The notes under the pieces: model-generated | What the model was told of the DNA's origin: nothing | The model's input: the letters and a program-made list of their open reading frames with translations, nothing else | Databases searched by the model: none | Translations under genes and position numbers: made by a program | Origin: Takakia lepidozioides | Taxonomy: Eukaryota > Plantae > Bryophyta | NCBI GenBank assembly: GCA_030704615.1 | Contig: CM060734.1 | Location: 36,456,001 to 36,520,000 of the forward strand | DNA: 64,000 nucleotides | Direction of reading: 5' to 3' | Shown here: in pieces, positions 38,301-49,941 of the stretch | Numbering within the stretch: position 1 is the first letter of the stretch | Layout: the number at the start of each line of letters is the position of its first letter

Positions 38301-39199
38301 ATTTTTATTTGTTTGTTTGTTTGTTTAGATAGGTAACGCTTCTAAAATTCAAGGCCCTTAAATTTTTGGTTGAGATCCTTGCATTTTAGAAGGGTTCGAT
38401 CCTTGGCCTCCAACTGGTGGAGGGCATTGACATGTTCAACTCCTGCCAAGGATACTTTTCTGCACTTGTTTGAATTGCTTAAAATTGGTTGTGATTATTT
38501 ATTGTTGTTCATTTGCTGAATTTGTATGCAGCCGAATTTATTTTTCATTTGTAGGAAATGAACCGGTTGATATGTACAATGGCCGGATTTATAGCCGAAC
38601 ACAAAAAAAAAGAAAAAAGGAATATTACTTATTGTAAAAACAATATGTAGGAAATTGACCGCCTGAAGTTACCACCAAGGGGCAGCAACCGACCCCCCCC
38701 CACCCACTTCGCCGGTTGGTGCTGAAAATGAGCGGCCACTGGCTGGTTCAACTCAAAATATTTCCCGGATGTTTCCCTCTCTCTCTCTCTCTCTCTCTCA
38801 TAAATGTAGACACCGCACGTGTCGACAGAAGGCTGGAAAGCCCTTGAGCTTCGAATAAGGTGCTTTACTCCAGCTCACTCGAACGACTTCGAAGAACAGG
38901 AGGACGATATAATCTAGGTATGGCCGGAAATCTTATGCATGCCGAGGCGCTTCACAAGCCCAAAGCTGACGTCAACTTGAAGAGGCAAATCTCGACTGCC
39001 GAGCACGAAACAGTTGGAGACATGGGACTTTTCTAAAGTCTTTAGATCGATAGGGAACCCAGACACTGCTTCACTTATATAATCGATCGATAAATTGCAT
39101 CAGCTGAGCAGGAGCTATTCATCTCAATGGTATTCCATCAATCTACATCTGTAACTCGCGTATGTTCACGGAGATGGACACCTAGGCAAATTATGCTAT

Positions 39200-39990
39200 T
39201 CAATTGATCGTATCGTCTTAGATGTTCTCGGGTCCCATGTCACCAACTGGTTCGTACTTGGCGGTGTAGGTTGCCTCGATGGTAACACGTGGTCCAGAGA
39301 TAAACTTCATTGTTGATGCCCACCAAGACCAGCAGGGACTACACTACATTTGAAGGGCGATCCCCGGTACAGCTGTCTTAGGCCAGCTGAGATTTAGACA
39401 GTACAATGTTCAGACAGTCTGGAGAAATTGGAATGATGCGGTAACGATGAATCGATCGGATGTACGCGGGCCCCTTTGAGCACATGTCACCATATTTTAG
39501 GTTTCCAATTTTAGAGGGTGCTGTGAAGACTGCAACCCTGAAGTATATGCAAAATCGAGTCCATGGCCGCTTGCAAGTGATCAAATGATGAGTTCAGAGC
39601 TACTGAACATACCTATATAATATTTTGGCTTGAGCAAAAGCAATATCATGCTCCATCTTTAAATGCTATACTTAAATGGTGACTGGCGAGGTGCGCGAGA
39701 GGAACAAATTGAAACCTGGGAAGTACCTCCATTTTCTCATGTGTATGCGCTGGTGTTAGCTTGAGAGCAATATCGAGATGAATCAGTTTACCCAACTTGT
39801 TCCTCTGAATCAAGCAGGGACGTTCAATGTGGAGCACAAAGGCATTTATCAGGCCCATTCTAACTACGATATTGTGGACCCATTGTGGATGGTGCCTGGA
39901 CCTTCAAAGATCTCAGACTTACTGAATAACTCGGGCATGCGCAAGGGGAGGATCTCGTCCGCATGCTTGCAGGCATCAGAGAAAATCTCC
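39200..39990 (-). pseudogene. Degenerate paralog of the PR-10/Bet v1 gene
   Basis: ACKHADEILPLRMPELFSKSEIFEGPGTI and MKFISGPRVTIEATYTAKYEPVGDMGPENI* match the 45311-47249 protein. Confidence 0.8.
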
Positions 39991-40666
39991 ACAAAGATAT
40001 GTCTATCAGACAAAGCTGAGAGAGACGAATCAATCTCTGTAAAAATACTAGGGAGAAGAGGTCTAATTAAGTGGTGAGAGATGTGGCATTCTATAAGCAG
40101 TAGTGAATCATGGTGCGAGCAGCCCGCGTGGGTTTGACTTGCATGCCGAGGCCGCCATTGACCAAAGCCGCCCATCTTGGACTATTCAACTCTCCGAAGT
40201 GCGACGGTCCTTCCTCACTTGGAAGTCTGCCAGCCCTAACTACTTTTTCATACAAAAAAGTAACAACAGGAGAGGTCAAAATTTAACATCAACCAATCTA
40301 AGAGACTAACAAATAAAGGTGTAACAATCAAGGGTCAAGTGTCGGTTATAAAAGTGGCTATATACCAGCTGGCATGTTGTAACAGGCCCACGTAGACAGA
40401 ACCAGGCTCCAGAATTCAACTACTGCCCATACGTCCTTTGTATAAGTAGCTGGAAAAAAAAAAGAAACACTGCTCCCAAGGCCGAACTCACTAATCAAAG
40501 GGTTCAGTTGGAGTCAGTAGCTCAGTTCGATCATAAACAGGGCATGGGAAAGCAACGGTGCTGGATGCCTTATCATAGCTTAACAGGATGTCCAATGGGG
40601 ATAGCATTTTGTCATTTCAAGGGGATTTAAAAAAGTTAAAAAAGGGCTTGGAAACTTAAGGGTTAA

Positions 40667-43600
40667 CCCTTAATTGCCCAAGCAACCCATTTGGGTCGCT
40701 TGGGTTTGCTTAACCAACCATAACTTCCTGTGGTTAAGGCTGATTGGGCCTTTTTTGGGCTCAATCGATAGAAAATCGGGTCCCCCTTCATACGGCATTG
40801 GCCAATTGGTCAATGCTTGAAGGGGTACGGGTCTGGATCAATGGGAAGGGGGCCAACTCAGCTTTTTGAGGCCATATTGGCCCCCCCAAACCTGCCCAAG
40901 TTGCTGACATGGCAACCTGGGTTAGGTTAGGGTGAAAGAAATATACCCCAGAAAATATGAGGCAACACGCTTCCCCAAACCCCTTGAATGCCTGGTAGGG
41001 GCAGGGCGGCAGACGCAGGACTGGGAATTTCCATACCTATTCCCTAACCTGGATCGACGGCGATGGCAGCTCCGGCCATCACCTCGGGTCCGTGGCTGGC
41101 GGACTGGATGGAGCTTTGAGGGCGGCAAGCTCAGGGCTCGAGAGGTCTCTCCCATGCGCAGGCCCAGCTGTTTGCAGGGTGTGTGTTGAATTTGTAGGAT
41201 GTTGGTGCTAATGCAGCCCACCCATGAGGATTGCATGGCGGCGATGCAGCTGGTGGCATTCATTTTCGCGCGCAATGCTTTGAATTTTTCATTTGGGGTG
41301 CCCGGTGTATGGATGTTTGTGGCACGATTTTTGCATGAGAGAATCACCCAATGCGTTTGTTTGGTGTTCTGTTCTGTCAATTTGGGGTGACATTCCTTCC
41401 TGAAAACCCTAACTGACCTGCTCATTTCATTGCCCATCAATTTTGTGGGATCATGGTTACTTCATCACGGTTTTTTGGCCATCGATTTTGCTCGAGCATG
41501 AGAGATGCACCTATGGCGTGATTTTGTGGGTGGCCCAGGTTTCCATGGTGTGTGGCATGTTTGCCTTTGTCCAGCCTGAGGGTTCTCTCGATTTGGGGTG
41601 ACCTTCACGATTGTGGAACTAAATTGACCCGTGAATTTCGATTCACGTTGTCATGGTTCCTGGCACGTTGGCCGTTCTGTGGGCTGAAGTTCTATCGATT
41701 ATTAGGTAACATGCCTGACCTGCTCATCAATGTTGGCCATCGATGGTTGGATCCATGGTTACTTCATGCAATTTTTGGTCATTTGGCATTTGGTGTCTTT
41801 TGCATGGTTGCTGGCACGATGGCATTTGTCCAGCTTGAGGGTTCAGTCGATTTGGGGTGACATTTCAAGCTCACATCGATTTCTGATTTTCTACCTAATT
41901 GACCTGTGAATTTTGATTTTGGGTGTCATGGTTCTTGGCACGTTGGCCTTTCTGCAAATGGAGTTTTATCGATTCCTTGGTAACAATTCTGACGTGCGAT
42001 TCAAGCATGGTGCGATTGAACCTTGATGAGATTTCTTCCTGAGAGCCTAAGTGGCCTGCTCATTTCATTTGGCCATCGATTTATGGGTGGCTCCAGCCCT
42101 GTCTCCAGCCTGCACTGTATGTTGTGTTCATTGGGAGCCACTAAACCTAGCCAACCTTCTTCTTTTCTTGTGGCGATCATGTTTCACCTATTTTGGTCTA
42201 TGATGACAGGGTGGTGGGGTGATGTGCAGAGGGCTCACTTTTTGATATGATATTTTGACAGTCTACTGCGACTAGTAATCACTAACATCAGTATCACTAA
42301 CAATAGCTAGAGGGAGGGGGAGAGGGGGGCTATGGGATGGTAGTGGTGGGGATGGGGGGGGGCTCTCGGCTGCAATGGGCAGTTTTTGTGTGGGTTCAAT
42401 CCCCACTTGAGTCTGGGTTATGGTAGGGGAATGTGTAGGACTGGTTGCAAAAAACATGTATCACTAAGTTCAACACCTGGTTGAACTAATGTTCATATGT
42501 ATGTATCATGAACAAATTCAAGAACTCCTTGAATTGATGTATACTTCCTTTCGCAGCTTTGCATGACTTAGACAATTTCAAGATGTATCACAGGCTTGAA
42601 AACACACAAAAAACTTAGAACAATGCAAGGAGTTTCAAGCACACAAAGGACTTGTAAACAAATTCAATGAGCTTCAGACACACAAAGGATTAAAACAAAT
42701 TCAAGGGGCTTCAAGCACACAAGTACATAAGGGACTTAGACAAATTCAAGGGTTCCTACAGTTTGACATTCAAAACTGTTTGGAAACATCCCGGTAAAGT
42801 AAAAAATCCGGGATGTATTTCCGGTGAAATCACCTTCATCTGCAAAACACGGGATGCATTTCCGGTTAGGGGTAGGCCATACATATATGGGGTGGCAAAG
42901 TCCAAAACCCCTCATTATGAGGGGTGGGCCGAACCTAGGGCAGGGGTTTCATAGGGTTGAGGGTGGAGTGGGCCCCCAAGAAAGTAGGGGCCGGGTAGCA
43001 AGAGGAGCTCCCAAACCCTCTACCCTTGTGGGCTATGGTTCCAAATATCCTAGGCCTGCAGGCTATAATATAGGTGTGCCATTTGAAGTCTTGGGCAGGG
43101 AACCTAAAGATGCGATGGCAGTTACTGATTGGTCTCAAAAACATTTGGGGACCTCACATGGATGCCCTTGACACTTCAACCGGAGAGATAAGGAATGAGC
43201 GGCTGAGATTTTTTGTAGAATATTTGGAAGAGAGATTAAGGTCTGCCCAAAGAAAATGGCATAATTTGACCCCCCCATTTGTCACTACAAAGGAGCTCAC
43301 TTGAGAACATTTCAGAAAAAACTGAAAACTTCTGAGGATGTGTGTTATCAGGTATAGAACAACATTCTTGTGACTGTAATTTTTTTTTAAAACAAACTGC
43401 CCGGGTATTGGCTAAAAAACTGCTTTTTTTGGCACCTATTTCTTAGAGGAGAGTTGTTTTTGTCCCCACTCTACACTTTATAATCTGCACATCTGGCGGT
43501 TCGATTTTGATGAAACTTTTTGTGGTAGGAGGTGGGGTAGGTGGGAAGTAATTCTAACGGTCAGCTTTACATGGACAGATAAAGATAAAGATAAAGTTTC

Positions 43601-43711
43601 TTTAACGTCCAGTGAATTGGACATGGACAGATAAAATCTGTAAAAAAGTTTTTGTGGGCTAGGGTCGAGTTTTTCCATCGAAGGGTGAAAATGAGCTTGG
43701 GCACTTAAGGG
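40667..43711. mobile_element. Non-autonomous TIR element with piggyBac-type ends
   Basis: TTAA on both sides (40663-40666, 43712-43715); TIR CCCTTAA[T/G]TGCCCAAGC; no transposase seen. Confidence 0.75.
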
Positions 43712-43922
43712 TTAACCGCAACTGGCAGGTTATTAGAAAGTCAATAAATTGAAGTAACTGGCCTACAAGGTTCTTTCAATATTGAGTTCCAATGTAACTG
43801 CAACATCCTGTTACATAATAAAAATTATAAATAACCGCCCAACACCCCCCCAAGATCAGTGTCATCCATGAGTTTAAGAGCATCTGGAAGGTCATAGTCT
43901 CCTTGAAACACTCCTAGAGCGT

Positions 43923-44220
43923 CTAGAGGATCTGTCTCTTCATCTTGTGCTTATGGTCAAACAACAAACAGAAATGCGTGGGAAGTTGATCTTCTACCCC
44001 CGTGGCTGGTTCTCTTGTAGTAATCCTTGATAGATGATCTGCTGTAACATGTAATCTTCTTGGTTTATGAACAACTTCAAAATCATACTCATGAAGAAGT
44101 AATAGCCATCGAGCAACCCTGCCACTAGCTAGTGGTCGATTTGCTAAATGAACTAGAGCCTCATGATCAACAATAAACTTAAAGCGATTGTTAAGTAATA
44201 ATGCCGAAACTTTTGGAGCA
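43923..44220 (-). pseudogene. Gypsy RNase H remnant
   Basis: FIVDHEALVHL...GRVARWLLLLHEYDFEVVHKP...ADHLSR. Confidence 0.8.
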
Positions 44221-45310
44221 TATAGCATCCTACGACAATTTGGCATGAAATGTTTTTGCAAGTCCCCATATCTTAGAATAGGATCTGGCTATGCATGGAG
44301 GGGCCAAGCAAAAATGAACCCGATACTGCAAATTCTTGGTCAAACCTGACATTGCAGATTTTTCAAATTCCCAAAAACAAAAGAGATCCCACAAAGCACT
44401 ATAATCTTGAAAAGTTTGTGGTGAAATTCTTCAAGATTTGTTATGTGGATGTATGTGCTAGGTAGCAAAAGGTTTTTACGGTTCATATTTATGGATGTAA
44501 TATGGTAGGTGGGTAGCTTGGTTTTACTGCCGGGTAAGAAATTTAAAAGGCAAAAAAACTATCTGTAGGAAGTTAAGGGTTAAAGATAGTAATAAATAAA
44601 ATTAAAAAATAATTAAATAATTGTTGTTCCTGAAATAACAAGCGACTCATTGAGGGAGAGAGACTCGTAATAACAAAGTTGCTTTTTCTCTTCCATTTCA
44701 TAGTCAATGGAGCCAAGTATATCCACTCCACACTGTTCATGGTCCATGGTCAATCCTTGGTGGTCTTGACCCCACCTGAGTGCTTTTGACCTCAGACTTT
44801 TCGATCTGAGGAAACTCCAGGAAGTTCTATTCTCTAGATACCACGGTATTGTTGCAGGAAAAGCTGGTCAGCCTGCTGCTGGCTTGGTCTTCTAACCTCC
44901 TTTCTAATACTCGACCATTCTTTCCCAAGAAAGTTGGCACACTACTCTAGATAACCTTATGTCATAATATGTCTCAGCGATGATCCCAACTGCAGTCACC
45001 TAAACCCCAGACTTTTGATAGGCTTTTGAAACATGTTTGTGGGCGTGGGCGGCTTCCGCGCCTGGTGCCAGCACCGCATAGCACAGCAAGACTAAAACGT
45101 GACAAAAATAGATGTAGGAGGTCAAAGGTCCTCCACACTGGATGCTCCCATGTGCATTCCCTTATAAGCAACGCCATTTCTCCCTTCTCTCACACCACCA
45201 TCACTTCTGCACAGCTCTCCCGACCCCTCCCACTCTCTCAGCCTCGTCTGGAAAGCTTGGAAGAACTTAGTGGGTGCTAGGTTCTCTTATATCGGTTTCA
45301 TTGTAGAACA

Positions 45311-47249
45311 ATGGTGAAAACGCTATCGTACACCCAGGTGCTTGAGGCCTCACCCGATAAAGTCTGGGAAGCTTGCAAGCATGCCGATGACATTCTCCCC
45401 GTACAGATGCCTGAGTTTTTCACCAAGTCTGAGCTTCTTGAAGGAAATGGAGGTCCAGGCACCATCCGCCTCGTTAAAATGGGCCCAGGTAAAAGACCTT
45501 TCTACTCAACCTTTTTTTTTCTTTTTCAGATTGAGAGGAACTCGGATCACAGAGGTGTTCCATTTAGAGGAGTAGACATTCTTAGCAACATATCCGCCGT
45601 TCAGTCTTAGACAATTCCTTTTGAGCAATAGTTGTCTTTGGGCGCCTTGTGGAGGGCCCTCTTTCTTCTTTCATGAATGAATATTGCTTTCGGTTTTATA
45701 AAGTAAGATCAGTAATTATTTCAGTTCTTTGATTGAGAGGAACTTCCAGGGTAAATTCATGTAGATGCAACGTTACCCTCGGATGCCAAGATCTATGTCT
45801 TCATGATCCAGCTAGGTCAAGCCCAAATTTGTAATCAAACGTTAGCTCCCTTGCCCGATCGTGAACTTATTGAATCTCTCTTTCTCTCTACATTCTTATT
45901 CTACTTGACCATAACACTAGAAATCTTCTTTGTACTATGTCTCATGTGTTGACGAAATCTCGGGCCCTTTTGTCGCTAGTTACCAATGCACATAGGCCGG
46001 AGAGTGTGAATGGTCCCAACTTGCCACAAGGAATCCGACGCATCCACTTGTAGTACGAAAAGACAGTTATTTGGACATCAATCTTGAATTTATAAGAAGA
46101 TATATTCCTGCCTGCATCCCAATGGCTCTTTCTGTATAATTGCAAATGGTATAACATCCTTCATCGGCAGAGGTATTGTTCTCTGAAGTATCTTGCTAGC
46201 CAAGTGTCATGAAGTGTGCTTACTTGTCTGCAGCCATCCCTCACGCTGGGTTTGTGAAGGAGCGCATGGATATCTTTGACGATGCTACGAGAACCCTTGG
46301 GTACACAGTACTGGAGGGCGATCCCCGCTACAGCCACTTCAGTGCTAAAATGCAATTTACCCCTGGACCAGATGGTACCACCGAGGCACTCTGGACCGCG
46401 GAGTACGAACCAGTTGGAGGCATGGGGCCCCCTGAACACGTCAAGGCTATTGTTGTTCACGTCTTCAAGTGTCTAGAGACAGCGGCTAAGGCCTTGGTAC
46501 TCTCACACACTGAAAAATTGGATGTCTCACCCGATTCTATCTGGAAGGCGTGCAAACAGGCCGACGAGTTGCTTCCCGCTCAGATGCCTCAGTACTTCAC
46601 CAAGTCCGAGCTCCTACAAGGACATGGCGGTCCAGGATCCATCCGCCTCGTCAGAATGGGCCCTGGTATCACAACTGACTCCCCTCCTGCATGATTCATT
46701 ATCTCCACAAGTTCAATGATAGAAGTTCTAGAGGAAGGAGTTTCTATGTTCTCTACATTCTCTGGGAGAGCAGAGCTTACATATGAGTTCACCGCGTGAA
46801 TATAAGCTGCAGAGAATTGACTGGTAGTGTTGTGACATCATCCGCATTTCTACAGGGGTAACAGCTGTTAAAGATCTAACTAGATCGATTCTGTCATTGC
46901 GTATATAATTTAAAAGCTTCCACTAGTTGGCACTGACTGTAATCGCCGTTTCGTTTATTTCCCGGCAGCCATCCCATACGCTGCAGTTGTGAAGGAGCGG
47001 ATGGACCTCTTTGATGATGCCACCAAGACCCTGGGGTACACGGTGCTGGAGGGCGATCCCCGTTACAGCGCATTTAGCGCTAGAATGCATTTTGCTCCGG
47101 GACCGGATGGAAGCACAGAGGCGACCTGGACTGCATACTATGTCCCAGTTGGAGATGCAGGCCCCCCAGAACACATCAAGGGTGTTGTTACTCTTATGTT
47201 CAAAGCTCTGGAAGCCGCTATTAAGGCCAACCCTGCTGCCTTTGCTTGA
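45311..47249 (+). CDS. PR-10/Bet v1 (MLP-like) protein with two tandem domains; exons 45311-45488, 46234-46665, 46969-47249; 296 aa
   Basis: Two repeats with the glycine-rich loop (EGNGGPGTIR, QGHGGPGSIR); phase-1 GT-AG introns after MGP in both repeats; frame closes at TGA 47247-47249. Confidence 0.92.
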
Positions 47250-47369
47250 AGCGTGCAAGTTTCTTCACATTCACATCAGTACCGCCGCTACTAAAAGATA
47301 CCATAGGACTCGGATCATGCACAACAAGTGCCACAACATCTCCACGCTGAGTAGTTAGACGTTCCCGCT

Positions 47370-47786
47370 AGTTGTGTCGTTGTAGTTTGACATCCTTGAG
47401 AAACTGATCCTTCTAGACTGGATTCTATCTGATCTCTCAGATCCAGTGTCTTCTTCTATCTTAGGTTCGCTAGAGCTACGCTCATGCGAACCTAGAAGCT
47501 CTGATACCATGTAGAGAAAGCTTGTGCAATGAACAGCGAGTATCAACATTAGAGAGAGGTGATTTATACAGGATGTTCACCTTATCGGCTACCTTATCTC
47601 TAATAGGGACTAACTACCGAAAATCACTTTGGTTCATAGAGTATTCGGTGTAAAGGTTGGCTGAGTAAGTTGGCATAATAAGTGCAATCTACCTAACTCT
47701 AAGTCTTATCTATAGTTCATTTAAGGTGTGTAATTTCTACAATTCACCTAGTCCTACCACTTCAACAGTAACTTATATATTCTACA
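47370..47786 (-). mobile_element. Truncated Copia 5' end (LTR, PBS, start of internal region)
   Basis: PBS TGGTATCAGAGC (minus, 47498-47509) next to TGTAGA...TCTACA (47510 to about 47786). Confidence 0.7.
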
Positions 47787-49941
47787 AATCAAGCAATATC
47801 CGTATTCATTAGCATATGCACTTGGAAGATAGGCATACTAATTTACAATATTACTCTGAATTGTCTCTCACTACTGTCTCTCTATTGAATCCAATTACCT
47901 CACTTAGAACCCTTCATTTGAGAGCTTTATTGGAAGAGGAGGATCTCTTCCAAACAGGATCTCTTCCAAACAGGATCTTTATTGAAAAGCAAAGATGACA
48001 GTACATGAGAATCTTCAGCCCTGGTCGGGACAGGTGCTGAAGGCCCTGGGATTGTGTGTGACATTGTATGACATCAAATCCGTGGAGGGTGGGTTTGTCT
48101 TCCCTGGCGATGGTGCACCTCGCTTCACAGTAATGTGACAAGCTAGAGAAGATGAAGAAACAGTTCAAACCATCTTTAACACCTTCACTCTGATTCTTCA
48201 AGATGAATGCCCAGCAAGTAGAGCTCAGTTTCCTGCCAGACCTGCTAGCAAACCGGCCGGCGCCTAAGTAGCTAAGGTTTGGGGACAACTTCCAGAAACT
48301 TGGGGATCATAGACAGACACTCTGCTGTTGTGGAAGGGTCATGTGGGTTTGAAGTGATGGTATTAAGTGAGCTTGATTGTGATATGTATGATATAGATAT
48401 GATCATGAGCTTAATCTGCTTAGTTTTTGATTCTGCTTTGCAGGCAGTGTCCTCTCGCAGCTTCTGCTCCTTCCCTCTTTAGGGGTCATGTTTTGGGGGG
48501 CCTGATTTGCTGTGTTTGCATTGTGCTTCTCTGCCTACAGCCTGCTAGCCAAGGTTATGATGACCAATGGTCAAAATCCACTCCTTTGCTTGCCAAAGGA
48601 CCAATAACCTTTGTGTCACAATTTAATGCAAGCCAGATGGATATGATGAAATTCCCTCAACATGATTATGCATGCTTGTGAAACTAAGATTTGGCGCCTC
48701 AGTTTTACCTTCAGCTATCTATTTTCTGATGCTTCTCAGATGCTTCTCTACTTCCATAAGATCACCACAACTCTTTGGCAAAATACCACATCACCTCCTG
48801 ATAGAGGACTAGTGACACTCTTAAAAACTGAATTTGCTTCATGGTGGGTGCCTACAAACCATCTCAAGCTCAAATCCACTAACTCTAGCCAAGTTACATT
48901 CGAGCTCAATTCCATTCCCTAAAGTTGACAACTCATTGCATGGATGACAGCACAAAACCCCTCCCCGACCTCCTCACAGATCACTGGGAACAGAGAGTCA
49001 CTGTTGAAAAAAACTATTCCAGTGCCTACCATCTTCGTCACACTTCTATACCAAAAGCCTGCCCATTCGATGGTGGTTCTTGTTTCCTGACTCCAACAAA
49101 ACTCGACTTACAGAAAAACTTAAAACATCAGAATCACTATCTGACTAACCTCCAAAGTTGAGAAAGATATGACGCTACATAATTCATGCTACCTATAGAT
49201 AGTAGACTTATAACATGCTCTTGCAGTAGTGCAGGATACTACCCAGCCAGAGCTAGTTGTGGTACTTATGAGACTACCGATGTTAGACCTTGCCTTCACA
49301 AAGAGACACAAGGACTAAATAAATTCTTCATTTCATAACTGTTTGAAAAGTTGATAGGAATAAAGCTACAGAGCTTCATGTACAAAAAGCAGATAGTCGC
49401 TACAAAGTAGAAATTGGAAAACTGGGAGATGCCAGTCTTCAAGCTATGAGCAGGAGGAAGCATGGATTTGGACCCAACCTAAAATAGAATGTCTTCACAA
49501 AATATGCACAATTGCGTTTGCAACCGTAAAAACAAGCACTGCAGCTGAGATGAAGATTCGCTAATCTAAATACCCCGCTCGTACAAGTAAGGCAATTGTC
49601 TTGAAAACTCCGTCTTCAAGCTCTCCTGATCCATACACTGGCAGGTAAGCCAGAACATGTCAAAGACGCGAATGTCACAAAACATTTAGACGGCTGGTTA
49701 TCGAGTAGGTGTTTCAGGTGGACTAATGATAAGCCAGCCCCTGCTGCACAAGAACCTGAAATCAGAAAGAATTGCACACAACTGCACAGAAATATGTCCT
49801 GGAATCGATAATAAAACTTATTGGCAGGATGATAGCAGAGCAATAAGAGGGAACCAGAAAACGGTAGGACAGACGCCATTTCTATCAGTTGGGAATGGGG
49901 AAAAAGACAAGGGAGACATAAGGGTGCCAAAGACAGTGACA

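Noticed and set aside
35300-38780. Exact TIRs and TSD for the hAT element
   Set aside because: Only weak end similarity; no 8-bp TSD could be identified by eye.
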